64,000 bases of DNA, taken from the sequence record SRR20825019_1641; one strand, written 5' to 3'. This document shows, one piece after another, positions 27,937-37,495 of this stretch (positions are counted from its first letter, which is position 1; the number at the start of each line of letters is the position of its first letter). The notes under the pieces are model-generated. The model saw only the letters and a program-made list of their open reading frames with translations, was not told the origin of the DNA and did not search any database. The translations under genes and the position numbers were made by a program.

Positions 27937-29208
27937 TCAAAGCACCGTCCGGTTTTGGATTGTGGCTTTGGTAGCAAGACTGAAACGCGGTTCGGTGGCA
28001 GCACCCTCATCAAGGGCCAAGGTGGCTGCATGCCGCCCTACTTCCGGGCCATGTTTGAAGCCGTGGCCGGAACCCGCTCCCACAAGAATGATGTTCTTAA
28101 ATTCAGGATGCCGGTCGATCAAAAAATCACCGTTTGAGCTGTTGGTATATTGGCATACACGCTCACCTACAAACGGCGCACCCTTAAGGCCCGGGAAGCG
28201 CATCTCCAGATACTGCCGCAGCTTGCTATAGGTCGCCTGGCTTGCGTGTCGCTCTTCCGTATCCGGGTTTATGGCCGGGCCGTGTTTGTCATTTGCGATC
28301 TTGAAGCCCCGGCCTTCAATGTCCGGCGCACCGTAGAACAGGTCCCCGCCGTTATAATCTGCCCATGCAGGCAAGCTGCCATGCGCGAAGCTTGAATTGC
28401 CCGCAGGCGGCGCCACAAAAGCCAGCTCCTGCCGGGTGATGAACAACCGCGGCGCCAACAGGGTTGGGAACAGGCGTTCCATCCATGGCCCACAGGCGTA
28501 AACAATGGTGTCTGCGGTCTCGGCCCTTCCGTTCACCCTCAGGCTGTGGCCGTCTTCAAGCGGGCCACTGGCCTCTGCCTGGCGGAATGTCCCACCCGCA
28601 CTCACGAACCGTTCCACCAACTGGATAACCGAACGGCGTGCCATCAGCACGCCGAACCCGACCTCATAGAGCCCGAACTCGATGTCCGTGAAATCAAATT
28701 GCGGGAAGCCTTTTTTGAGGGCAGCAGCGTCCAGCACTTCAAGCGGCAATTTCAGGCGCTGGTGCGTCTCGATAGACGCGCGGGCATAATCGACCATCTC
28801 GTTAAAAAAGAACAAAATACCGGTCTGATGAAACAGCGGCAAGCCAGCGTCCGCTGACAGCTTTTTCCACTCTACCAGCGATGCGGTCGACATCTTGGTA
28901 TAGATGGCATCGGCACCGTAGTCTGACCGGATAAGGCGCGTTTCGCCGCCTGACGATGCCCGCACGCTCGCGGGGCCTCGGCCGTCCACCAGCAGCACTT
29001 TTTTGCCCGCGCGCTGAAGCTGGGTGGCGGTCCAGGCACCAAACACACCGGCCCCCACAACAATGACGTCCCACGCCCGCTTCGGGCCGGGGCCTTCCGT
29101 TCCCTTAGATTGGGCAGCCGCCACCATACCACCCGGCAATGTAGACACCGCCCCGGTTGCCGCTATACCCGCCACAACTGCACGCCTTGTTGTATTGCTT
29201 TTCGCCAT
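27937..29208 (-). CDS. Tat-exported FAD-dependent oxidoreductase (sarcosine oxidase/DAO family)
   Basis: TRRAVV twin-arginine signal, VVGAGVFG, SSGGETRLIR and GSGHGFKHGP. Confidence 0.88.
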   Translation of the reverse strand: MAKSNTTRRAVVAGIAATGAVSTLPGGMVAAAQSKGTEGPGPKRAWDVIVVGAGVFGAWTATQLQRAGKKVLLVDGRGPASVRASSGGETRLIRSDYGADAIYTKMSTASLVEWKKLSADAGLPLFHQTGILFFFNEMVDYARASIETHQRLKLPLEVLDAAALKKGFPQFDFTDIEFGLYEVGFGVLMARRSVIQLVERFVSAGGTFRQAEASGPLEDGHSLRVNGRAETADTIVYACGPWMERLFPTLLAPRLFITRQELAFVAPPAGNSSFAHGSLPAWADYNGGDLFYGAPDIEGRGFKIANDKHGPAINPDTEERHASQATYSKLRQYLEMRFPGLKGAPFVGERVCQYTNSSNGDFLIDRHPEFKNIILVGAGSGHGFKHGPEVGRHAATLALDEGAATEPRFSLATKATIQNRTVL

Positions 29209-29226
29209 GCCTATTTCCCCAACCGA

Positions 29227-31311
29227 TTAGCCCGATTGCATCAGGCGCACACCCTCGTCCCGTTCAAACAGATACAGCAGATGCCTAAGCGCCTTGCCGC
29301 GTTCACCGCTGAGTTCCGGGTCCTTGTTGATGATAAGCCGGGCATCGTCACGCGCAAGCTCAATCAGATCAGCGTGCTCGACAAAATCAACCAGCTTGAA
29401 CTCCGGCAGGCCAGATTGTTTGGTGCCCAAAATCTCACCGCCACCACGCAGGCGCAGGTCTTCTTCCGCGATCAGAAAACCGTCTTCGCTTTCGCGCATG
29501 ATCTTGAGGCGCGCACGCGCGACCTCGCCAATTTCATTGGTGCGCAACAGGATACAGCTTGATTTCCCGCTACCACGCCCAACTCGGCCACGAAGCTGAT
29601 GAAGCTGTGCAAGGCCAAACCGCTCCGCGTGCTCAATCACCATGATCGTAGCCTCGGGCACGTTCACCCCCACCTCAATCACGGTGGTGGATACCAGCAC
29701 GCTGATCTGGCCCTTCTGGAACTGGGCCATGACAGCGTCTTTCTCCGGCCCCTTCATTTTACCATGCACCAGCCCGACTTGAGGGCCAAACATGCCCTTG
29801 AGGCTCGCGAAACGATCTTCCGCGGCGGCAATATCCAACAGCTCACTCTCTTCCACCAAGGGGCATACCCAATAGGCACGCGCACCAGCCTGCACCGCGC
29901 GCTGAATGCCAGATGCCACATCTGCAATGCGGTCTAGCGCCACCACGCGGGTATCCACAGGCAGGCGGCCCGGCGGTTTTTCCATAATGCGGGAGACATC
30001 CAGATCACCATAAGCTGTGAGCGTGAGCGTGCGTGGTATGGGCGTTGCTGTCATGCCCAGCACATCAACGCCAGATGTTGCTTTGCCCGCAAGTGCCAAG
30101 CGTTGCTGCACCCCAAAACGGTGTTGTTCATCAATGATGGCAAAGCCGAGGTCCTTGAATGTCACATCACCCTGAATGAGCGCATGGGTGCCGATAAGGA
30201 TATCAATCTCGCCTGCCGCGAGTGGTTCGAGCACTGCCTGCCGCGCTTTACCTTTTGAGCGCCCGGTCAGCAAAGCGACGCGCAAGCCCACTGCTTCCGC
30301 GAGCGGGGTGATTGTCTCAAGGTGCTGGTTGGCGAGAATTTCCGTTGGCGCCAGAAGCGCACACTGCACCCCGGCCTCCACCGCAGCCGCCATGGCGAGA
30401 AGTGCAACCACAGTTTTACCACTGCCCACATCGCCCTGCATCAGGCGCAGCATGGCGCGTTCGCTCTCAAGGTCTGCAACAACCTCCCCCAGCGCCGTTT
30501 TCTGGTCACCGGTGAGGCTATAAGGCAATGCGCCAAGGATACGCTCACGAATATGGCCACTGCCCTTCAACGCACGCCCCCGTTTTTTGCGCGTGCGGTC
30601 CCTGACAATTGCGAGCGCGAGCTGGCTCGCGAGCAGCTCATCTGCCGCCAACCGGCGCCGGGCCTTGCTGGTGGGCGCAAGTGCGCCGGGACCGTCGGGT
30701 TTGTGCAGGCTTTCAAGCGCATCAAGTAATGTGGGCCAGCCTTCGCGCACTATCAGCGCCGCATCATGCCATTCAGGCAATGGTGGCACGCTCTCCAGCC
30801 CCGCAAGGATCGCTTTCCTCAAAATCTTGCCCGACAGGCCTGCGGTAAGCGGGTACACGGTTTCCACCGCTGGCAGATCAGCTTCATTCTCTGGCGCGAC
30901 GATATAATCGGGGTGCGTGATCTGCACATTGTCTTGATAGTGCTCAACCTTGCCGCTGATCAGCCGCGTCTCACCCTCCGGCAATTGCTTGCGCAGGTAA
31001 TCCGCGCGGGCATTGAAGAACACCAGCGTGAGGTCTGCTGTGTCGTCCCGGCACACGACCCTGTATGGCGCGCGCTTGTTGTGAGACGGGCGGTGTTCAA
31101 CCACTTCAACCTTTAACGTGGCGACAGAGCCTGCGGCGGCATCCGCAACCTTGGGGCTATAGCGCCGGTCAATCAGCCCTGTGGGCAGGTGAAACAGCAG
31201 GTCCCGCGTACGTACACCAGCGAGCTTTTCAATGGCCAGACGGTTACGTTTGCCAATGCCCGGCAAGCGTTCGATATCGGCAAAATAATCAAAAAGCGCC
31301 TCAGGCCGCAT
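29227..31311 (-). CDS. recG: ATP-dependent DNA helicase RecG
   Basis: QGDVGSGKT, DEQHRFGV, MTATPIPRT, QLHQLRGRVGRG and DLRLRGGGE. Confidence 0.97.
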   Translation of the reverse strand: MRPEALFDYFADIERLPGIGKRNRLAIEKLAGVRTRDLLFHLPTGLIDRRYSPKVADAAAGSVATLKVEVVEHRPSHNKRAPYRVVCRDDTADLTLVFFNARADYLRKQLPEGETRLISGKVEHYQDNVQITHPDYIVAPENEADLPAVETVYPLTAGLSGKILRKAILAGLESVPPLPEWHDAALIVREGWPTLLDALESLHKPDGPGALAPTSKARRRLAADELLASQLALAIVRDRTRKKRGRALKGSGHIRERILGALPYSLTGDQKTALGEVVADLESERAMLRLMQGDVGSGKTVVALLAMAAAVEAGVQCALLAPTEILANQHLETITPLAEAVGLRVALLTGRSKGKARQAVLEPLAAGEIDILIGTHALIQGDVTFKDLGFAIIDEQHRFGVQQRLALAGKATSGVDVLGMTATPIPRTLTLTAYGDLDVSRIMEKPPGRLPVDTRVVALDRIADVASGIQRAVQAGARAYWVCPLVEESELLDIAAAEDRFASLKGMFGPQVGLVHGKMKGPEKDAVMAQFQKGQISVLVSTTVIEVGVNVPEATIMVIEHAERFGLAQLHQLRGRVGRGSGKSSCILLRTNEIGEVARARLKIMRESEDGFLIAEEDLRLRGGGEILGTKQSGLPEFKLVDFVEHADLIELARDDARLIINKDPELSGERGKALRHLLYLFERDEGVRLMQSG

Positions 31312-31424
31312 GTGGCCGCATCCCTTTCAAAAAGCCAGAAGTTTCCCTTTAATGAAATCGGACCTTAGCTTATGGTGTGCCGCCCAGCAATTGGGCAAGC
31401 ATAAAGTTGACAGCCGAGACCATC

Positions 31425-31730
31425 ATGATGAGCAAAAATACCTATAATCCGCACGGAGAGATCGACCTTGAAAACCGCAGGCGGCGGCTCAGGTTTCGCG
31501 CCTGGCATCGGGGCATCAAGGAGCTGGATCTGATTTTCGGCAACTTCATTGAAGCAAACGGTGAAAGCTTTGGTGAGGAAGACTGTGCGTGGTTCGAGCG
31601 TCTTTTTGAAGAGCAGGACCATGAGATCCTCAAATGGGTCACCGGCGGCGCAGAAGAACCCGACGCCTTCAAAGGCCCGATGATGGACCGCCTGAAAAAA
31701 CTTGATTTCATGACGCTGAAAGCGCGCTAG
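31425..31730 (+). CDS. sdhE: Succinate dehydrogenase flavinylation factor SdhE/Sdh5
   Basis: RAWHRGIKELD (RGxxE); conserved recG-sdhE-mfd order. Confidence 0.9.
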   Translation: MMSKNTYNPHGEIDLENRRRRLRFRAWHRGIKELDLIFGNFIEANGESFGEEDCAWFERLFEEQDHEILKWVTGGAEEPDAFKGPMMDRLKKLDFMTLKAR

Positions 31731-31743
31731 GGCGGGACATTCG

Positions 31744-34700
31744 ATGCTGCTTAAAGAGCTTGTCAGTGCAGAAATGCCGCTCACCGCGTCGGGTGTGCCC
31801 GGCGGCTATGACGCCATGCTGCTCACTGACCTTGCCGCCCGCGCCTATGGGGACGGCAGGCGCGCGGTATTGCACGTGGCAAGCGATGACGGACGGCTCT
31901 CTTCTCTCGCATCCGCAGCACGGTTTTTTGCCCCCAGCCTTGAAGTTGTCTCCATCCCCGCCTGGGACTGCCTGCCTTACGACCGTGTCAGCCCGCAAGG
32001 CGATATTGTCTCAAAGCGGATGGCGGCGCTCGCGCGGCTCAGCAACCGCCGCCTAAAAGCGCCGCTTCTGGTGCTCACCACTGTAAACGCGGTGCTGCAG
32101 CGCGTGCCTGCACCTAGCGCAGTGAAGGGCGCGACGTTTGACGCCGAGCCGGGCGATACGGTTGACATGGCCGCGCTGACGGATTTTCTGGCATCAAGCG
32201 GTTACACCCGCTCCGGCCAGGTTATGGAACCGGGCGAGTTTGCGGTACGCGGCGGCCTTCTGGATATTTTCCCCACAGGTGAAGAAAGCCCGCTTCGGCT
32301 CGACTTTTTTGGTGATGAGCTCGACACTATCCGCCGGTTTGACCCGCTCGACCAGCGCACCACCGGCAAAGCGCCACGGCTTTCCCTGAAACCCGCAAGC
32401 GAATTTTCCCTTGGTCAAAAAGGTATCGAGGCCTTCCGCCGCAACTATGTGAACACCTTTGGCCCCGCCAAGGGTGATGACCTCTTGTACGAAGCGATCA
32501 GCGAAGGCCGCCGCTATCAGGGCGCCGAACATTGGCTGCCGTTCTTCCATGAAGAAATGGCAACCCTGTTTGATTATCTGGATGAGCCCGTTTTCACGCT
32601 GGACCATCAGGCCGATGAAGCCGCGACAGAACGTTTCAAGGCGATTGACGATTATTATGAGGCTCGCAAGGAAGCCTGGGATATCGCCCGCACCAACAGA
32701 AACATTACCACCCCGCCCTACAAGCCAGTGCCCAGCAAGCTGCTTTATGTGGGGGACGCGGAATGGGAAACCCGCCTTGGGGACCATAACGTGCGCCGCC
32801 TTACCCCATTTGAAGAACCGCCCGCGCTTGACGTGGTGAGCTTTGGGGCGCGGCAGGGGCGTGATTTCGGGCCTGAGCGCAACACCAAGGACATTAACGT
32901 ATATGACGCGGTTCGCGACCATGTGAAGGCACTCAGGGCTGGCGACAAGCGCGTGGTGTTTGCGAGCTACTCCAAGGGGGCTGCGGACCGCCTTAAGGGC
33001 GTGCTCGAGGATCATGGCCTGATGCCTGTGGGCCTTGCCGATAGCTGGGAAGAGATCAGGCGCGAAAATAAAACCGGCATCGCCGTAACTGTGCTGGCGC
33101 TTGAACGTGGGTTCGAGACCAAGGATCTGGCCGTCATTTCCGAGCAGGACGTGCTGGGCGACAGGCTGGTGCGCAAAGCACGCCGTAGCAGGCGCGCAGA
33201 CAATTTCCTCAAGGAAGCCAGTGCCCTCACCCCCGGCGATCTGGTTGTGCACGCAAGCCATGGTATCGGCCGCTTTGAGGGGCTCGAGACGGTCACCGTC
33301 TCTGGTGCGGCGCATGACTGCCTGCTGCTCACCTACCTTGGCGGCGACAGGCTTTTTGTGCCTGTTGAGAATATCGAGGTTCTTTCCCGCTTTGGCGGCG
33401 AAGATGCGGGTGGCGCACTTGATAAGCTTGGCGGTGTTGCATGGCAGGCGCGCAAAGCCAAAGCCAAAGCCCGTATCCGCGAGATGGCAGGCCAACTGAT
33501 CAAGCTTGCAGCCCAGCGGGAGATGCGCGAGGGCCAACGCATCACAACGCCTGAGGGCATGTATGACGAGTTTGCGGCTCGCTTCCCGTTTCAGGAAACT
33601 GACGACCAGCTCCGAGCAATCGCAGATGTGGCGGGTGACCTGTCATCGGGCCGTCCCATGGACCGCCTTGTGTGTGGTGATGTGGGTTTTGGCAAAACCG
33701 AAGTCGCGCTTCGTGCCGCCTTCCTTGCCGTTATGGCCGGGCATCAGGTGGCGATCGTCGCGCCGACCACGCTGCTCGCGCGCCAACATTTCCTGAACTT
33801 TACTGAACGCTTCAAGGGTCTGCCCGTGCGTATTGCACAGCTTTCACGGCTTGTGGGTGCCAAGGAAGCCAAGGCCAGCAAAGAAGAGATGCGCACCGGC
33901 ACGCTTGATATCGTGATCGGCACGCATGCGCTTCTCGCCAAGGGCATAGAATTCAAGGAACTTGGCCTCCTGATCGTGGACGAAGAACAGCACTTTGGCG
34001 TTGCGCACAAAGAAAAACTCAAGGAACTGAAATCCAACGTTCATGTGCTGACGCTGACAGCAACACCGATCCCGCGCACGCTTCAAATGGCTATGTCAGG
34101 CATCAGGGACCTATCCATCATTGCGACCCCGCCGGTGGACCGTTTGGCTGTGCGCACCTTCGTGCTACCGTTTGATCCGGTGGTCGTGCGTGAAGCGCTG
34201 CTCAGGGAACATTATCGCGGCGGGCAGAGCTTTTACGTGGTGCCCCGCGTCGCTGATCTGGAGGATGCCTCAAACTTCCTCAAGGAACATGTGCCTGAGG
34301 TGAAGTTCATCACCGGTCACGGTCAGATGTCGCCCAAAACCATTGAGGATGTGATGACCGCCTTTTATGAAGGCCGGTATGATGTTCTGCTTTCAACCAC
34401 GATCATTGAAAGCGGTATCGACATCCCCACCGCCAATACCATGGTGGTGCACCGAGCGGACATGTTTGGTCTTGCGCAGCTTTACCAGCTTCGGGGCCGG
34501 GTTGGACGTTCTAAAACCCGGGCCTATGCGTATCTCACCACACCTGCAAACCGTGTGCTTTCGGATAACGCAGACAAGCGCCTTCAGGTACTGCAAGCCC
34601 TTGATACCCTTGGGGCCGGCTTCACCATCGCAAGCCACGATATGGACATTCGTGGTGCCGGAAACCTGCTTGGTGACGAACAATCCGGCCACGTGAAAGA

Positions 34701-35241
34701 AGTAGGCGTGGAGCTTTACCAGAAGATGCTGGAGGAAGCCGTGGCCGAGGCCCGCGCCGGTGGTGGTGACGAGGAATATGAAGACACCCAGTGGTCACCC
34801 ACCATCAACCTTGGTGCAACGGTGATGATACCGGAAGGTTATGTGCCTGACCTTACCCAGCGCATGGCTCTTTATCGCCGCCTTGCAGACCTTGAGACCC
34901 GCGAAGATGTTGACGCTTTCTGCGCTGAGCTGATTGACCGTTTTGGCGACTTGCCAAGTGAGGTCAAACAGCTTGCTGCCATCATGATCATCAAGGGACA
35001 CGCAAAACGTGCAGGCATTGAAAAGCTTGAGGCAGGGGCCAAAGGGGTCACCCTTTCCTTCCGGGGCGATAAATTCGCGAACCCGGGCGGTCTGGTGGAG
35101 TTTATTTCCTCAACCGGCGCGACCGCAAAACTGCGGCCCGACCATAAGCTGGTATATTACGCTCGCATGGACAAGGTCGGTGTCCGGCTCAAGACCGTGG
35201 CGACTATTACCCGCAAGCTCGCTGCTGTTGCCAACGCCTAG
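31744..35241 (+). CDS. mfd: Transcription-repair coupling factor
   Basis: WDCLPYDRVSP, CGDVGFGKTEVA, DEEQHFGV, QLRGRVGRS and a C-terminal TRCF domain. Confidence 0.98.
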   Translation: MLLKELVSAEMPLTASGVPGGYDAMLLTDLAARAYGDGRRAVLHVASDDGRLSSLASAARFFAPSLEVVSIPAWDCLPYDRVSPQGDIVSKRMAALARLSNRRLKAPLLVLTTVNAVLQRVPAPSAVKGATFDAEPGDTVDMAALTDFLASSGYTRSGQVMEPGEFAVRGGLLDIFPTGEESPLRLDFFGDELDTIRRFDPLDQRTTGKAPRLSLKPASEFSLGQKGIEAFRRNYVNTFGPAKGDDLLYEAISEGRRYQGAEHWLPFFHEEMATLFDYLDEPVFTLDHQADEAATERFKAIDDYYEARKEAWDIARTNRNITTPPYKPVPSKLLYVGDAEWETRLGDHNVRRLTPFEEPPALDVVSFGARQGRDFGPERNTKDINVYDAVRDHVKALRAGDKRVVFASYSKGAADRLKGVLEDHGLMPVGLADSWEEIRRENKTGIAVTVLALERGFETKDLAVISEQDVLGDRLVRKARRSRRADNFLKEASALTPGDLVVHASHGIGRFEGLETVTVSGAAHDCLLLTYLGGDRLFVPVENIEVLSRFGGEDAGGALDKLGGVAWQARKAKAKARIREMAGQLIKLAAQREMREGQRITTPEGMYDEFAARFPFQETDDQLRAIADVAGDLSSGRPMDRLVCGDVGFGKTEVALRAAFLAVMAGHQVAIVAPTTLLARQHFLNFTERFKGLPVRIAQLSRLVGAKEAKASKEEMRTGTLDIVIGTHALLAKGIEFKELGLLIVDEEQHFGVAHKEKLKELKSNVHVLTLTATPIPRTLQMAMSGIRDLSIIATPPVDRLAVRTFVLPFDPVVVREALLREHYRGGQSFYVVPRVADLEDASNFLKEHVPEVKFITGHGQMSPKTIEDVMTAFYEGRYDVLLSTTIIESGIDIPTANTMVVHRADMFGLAQLYQLRGRVGRSKTRAYAYLTTPANRVLSDNADKRLQVLQALDTLGAGFTIASHDMDIRGAGNLLGDEQSGHVKEVGVELYQKMLEEAVAEARAGGGDEEYEDTQWSPTINLGATVMIPEGYVPDLTQRMALYRRLADLETREDVDAFCAELIDRFGDLPSEVKQLAAIMIIKGHAKRAGIEKLEAGAKGVTLSFRGDKFANPGGLVEFISSTGATAKLRPDHKLVYYARMDKVGVRLKTVATITRKLAAVANA

Positions 35242-35327
35242 CTACCGATAATCGGTCGATTTCCGCCGATTTTCTATTGTATGCCCACGGTTTGTCCCCA
35301 TATCCGACGCTGATTATGGAGACATCG

Positions 35328-36497
35328 ATGAAACTGAAACTTTCGCCTGACGCGATTGGTGGCCTGCTGCTGATCGCGGCGGCAGCCCTTGCCATTTTAA
35401 TGGATAACACTGCCCTCTCGCCGTACTACAACGCCCTTCTCGAGACCGAAGGCACAATTTCTGTAGGCAGTTATGGTCTGTCCAAACCCCTTCTGCTTTG
35501 GATTAACGAAGGCTTGATGACCATTTTCTTCATGCTGGTGGGACTTGAGATAAAGCGCGAAGTCACCTCCGGTGAACTCTCTGACATGCGCAGCCTCGCA
35601 CTGCCCGGCCTCGCAGCGGTTGGCGGCATGGTTATCCCGGCGCTGTTCTTCTGGTTTGCAAACAACGGCGACGCGCAATCTATTGCCGGGTGGGCTATCC
35701 CGACCGCCACGGATATCGCCTTTGCCATAGGCATTCTTGCGCTTCTCGGAAGCCGCGTACCGCCTGAGTTGAAGCTCTTCCTGCTGACGCTTGCAATCCT
35801 TGATGACCTGGGTGCTGTTGTAATCATCGCCGCCTTCTATACGGCTGAGCTGTCCACGCTCTCGCTCGTTCTTGCTCTTCTTGGCTGTATAAGCCTTTTT
35901 GTGCTGAACCGCTTCGGTGTACGCAACACATCGGCCTATCTCTTTGTTGGCACACTCATCTGGATCTGTGTGCTCAAATCCGGTGTACACGCAACACTCG
36001 CAGGCGTTGCCGTAGGTCTTGCCATACCGGCCAGTAAAGACAAAGAAGGCCATTCACCGCTTGAGGAGCTGGAGCATAACCTGCACGCACCCGTATCCCT
36101 TATGATCCTGCCGCTGTTTGCTTTTGCAAATGCCGGGGTGTCGCTGGCGGGCTTGAGCTTTGACGCCTTCATGCAACCCATCAGCCTAGGCATCCTGAGC
36201 GGCCTTGCCATCGGTAAACCGGTGGGTGTTGTGATGGGCGCACTTGTTGCCGTTTATATACTGAAGGCCAAGCTGCCCGGCAGCATGTCAATGAAACATG
36301 TTTGGGGAGCGGGCCATCTGGCGGGCATTGGTTTTACCATGAGCCTCTTTATCGGCAGCCTTGCTTATTCAGACCCTGGCATGAACGCCAATGTGCGCAT
36401 AGGCGTTCTTGCAGCCAGCATCATCTCAGCCGTTCTGGGCTGGATTGTGCTCAGCGCAGCAGAGAAAAAAGATACAAGCACCACACCTGCGTCGTAA
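35328..36497 (+). CDS. nhaA: Na+/H+ antiporter NhaA
   Basis: LLLWINEGLM, GLEIKRE, GWAIPTATDIAF, LAILDDLG and GIGFTMSLFI; ATG with a GGAG RBS at 35328. Confidence 0.96.
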   Translation: MKLKLSPDAIGGLLLIAAAALAILMDNTALSPYYNALLETEGTISVGSYGLSKPLLLWINEGLMTIFFMLVGLEIKREVTSGELSDMRSLALPGLAAVGGMVIPALFFWFANNGDAQSIAGWAIPTATDIAFAIGILALLGSRVPPELKLFLLTLAILDDLGAVVIIAAFYTAELSTLSLVLALLGCISLFVLNRFGVRNTSAYLFVGTLIWICVLKSGVHATLAGVAVGLAIPASKDKEGHSPLEELEHNLHAPVSLMILPLFAFANAGVSLAGLSFDAFMQPISLGILSGLAIGKPVGVVMGALVAVYILKAKLPGSMSMKHVWGAGHLAGIGFTMSLFIGSLAYSDPGMNANVRIGVLAASIISAVLGWIVLSAAEKKDTSTTPAS

Positions 36498-36530
36498 ATC
36501 ATTGGTTTTACGACAGAAATAGAAAAAGTG

Positions 36531-36560
36531 AGGAAAGGCGCCACTTCGGCGCCTTTTCTT
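36531..36560 (+). terminator. Intrinsic terminator after nhaA
   Basis: AGGAAAGGCGCC-ACTTC-GGCGCCTTTTCTT. Confidence 0.8.
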
Positions 36561-36741
36561 ATGCCTGCAGCCAATAGTTTCTGAACATCCGTTCATCGGA
36601 CCGCCATAAAAAGCCACAATGTTTCTTAATTCCGCCGCGCCTTATCCATTTCCGGGCCGCAGTCCGGCGCGAAATTCCAATCATCGAAGCCAACCGAAGT
36701 GAACAAGGCTGGCAGCATTGGATAGAAAAACGGAGACTGTT

Positions 36742-37293
36742 ATGAAATTCTCATCAACCCTTATCGCAGGTGCAGCAGCAGCGACCCTTATTTCGGGTAT
36801 CGCGTCAGCTCAAGAAGCGAAGAAATTTGAAGGCATCTACGGCGGTGTTGAAGCTGGCGTGGATTGGACCAAACTCGCCATCGACGGTAAACGCGATCGC
36901 AGCATCTATTATGGTGGTGTGCTCGGGTACCGTATGCAGTCAGACACAGACACTGTTTTCGGCCTTGAAGGCACGTTTGGTGACACGGGCTACAAGCAGC
37001 TCGGTCAACGCGACACCGACTATGAATATGGCGCATCGCTCATTCTTGGTCAGGCCTTTGGGCCGGACGGCGCAAATCTTTTCTACGGTAAAGCCGGTTA
37101 TGTACGCACTCGTCTTGACTTCGGTGATGCAGCAGACGTTGGCAAAACAACCGAAGACGGCTGGCGGTTCGGTGCCGGTTATGAGCGTGCACTTTCTAAC
37201 GGCCTTAGCCTGCGCACCGGCCTGGATTACACCACTTATGGCGACGGCATGAAGCAGTGGACCGCTAAAACCGGCCTGCTTGCGAGCTTCTAA
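36742..37293 (+). CDS. Outer-membrane 8-stranded beta-barrel protein (Omp25/RopB-like)
   Basis: Signal peptide ending ASA, FEGIYGG, Y.KAGY, G.GYE and a terminal Phe; GGAG RBS before the ATG at 36742. Confidence 0.85.
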   Translation: MKFSSTLIAGAAAATLISGIASAQEAKKFEGIYGGVEAGVDWTKLAIDGKRDRSIYYGGVLGYRMQSDTDTVFGLEGTFGDTGYKQLGQRDTDYEYGASLILGQAFGPDGANLFYGKAGYVRTRLDFGDAADVGKTTEDGWRFGAGYERALSNGLSLRTGLDYTTYGDGMKQWTAKTGLLASF

Positions 37294-37300
37294 ACAAGCT

Positions 37301-37483
37301 TCACGACCCCCTAAGTGACCCGAAATTCGGGCGCGTTTCCTCCCAAGAGTGCGCCCGGACCTTCCCAGGGGTCCCCCTATACCCCTGGTTCCAAACGGCC
37401 CCCCACCCAGGGCCGAGTATTGAGTACCCTCATTGTACCGAGCCAGGAGCATCCCCTTCCCCGGGGGATGCTCCTCCCCTTTT
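37301..37483 (+). ncRNA. Candidate structured RNA: tandem hairpins with C-rich loops (cuckoo/alpha-r14-like)
   Basis: Stems with loops CCTCCCAA (37326-37359), CCCCCTAT (37365-37388), CCCACCCA (37396-37415) and TTCCCC (37445-37475). Weaker stems at 37301-37318 and 37421-37432; the array ends in CCCCTTTT. Confidence 0.6.
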
Positions 37484-37495
37484 GGGATTGTATCG

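Noticed and set aside
32194-33537. 447-aa minus-strand ORF
   Set aside because: It lies wholly antisense to mfd and has no motifs, typical of a shadow ORF from GC-biased codon usage.
37301-37483. CRISPR or REP interpretation of the hairpin array
   Set aside because: The stems are not sequence repeats of each other, there is no regular repeat-spacer period, and no cas or transposase gene is nearby.
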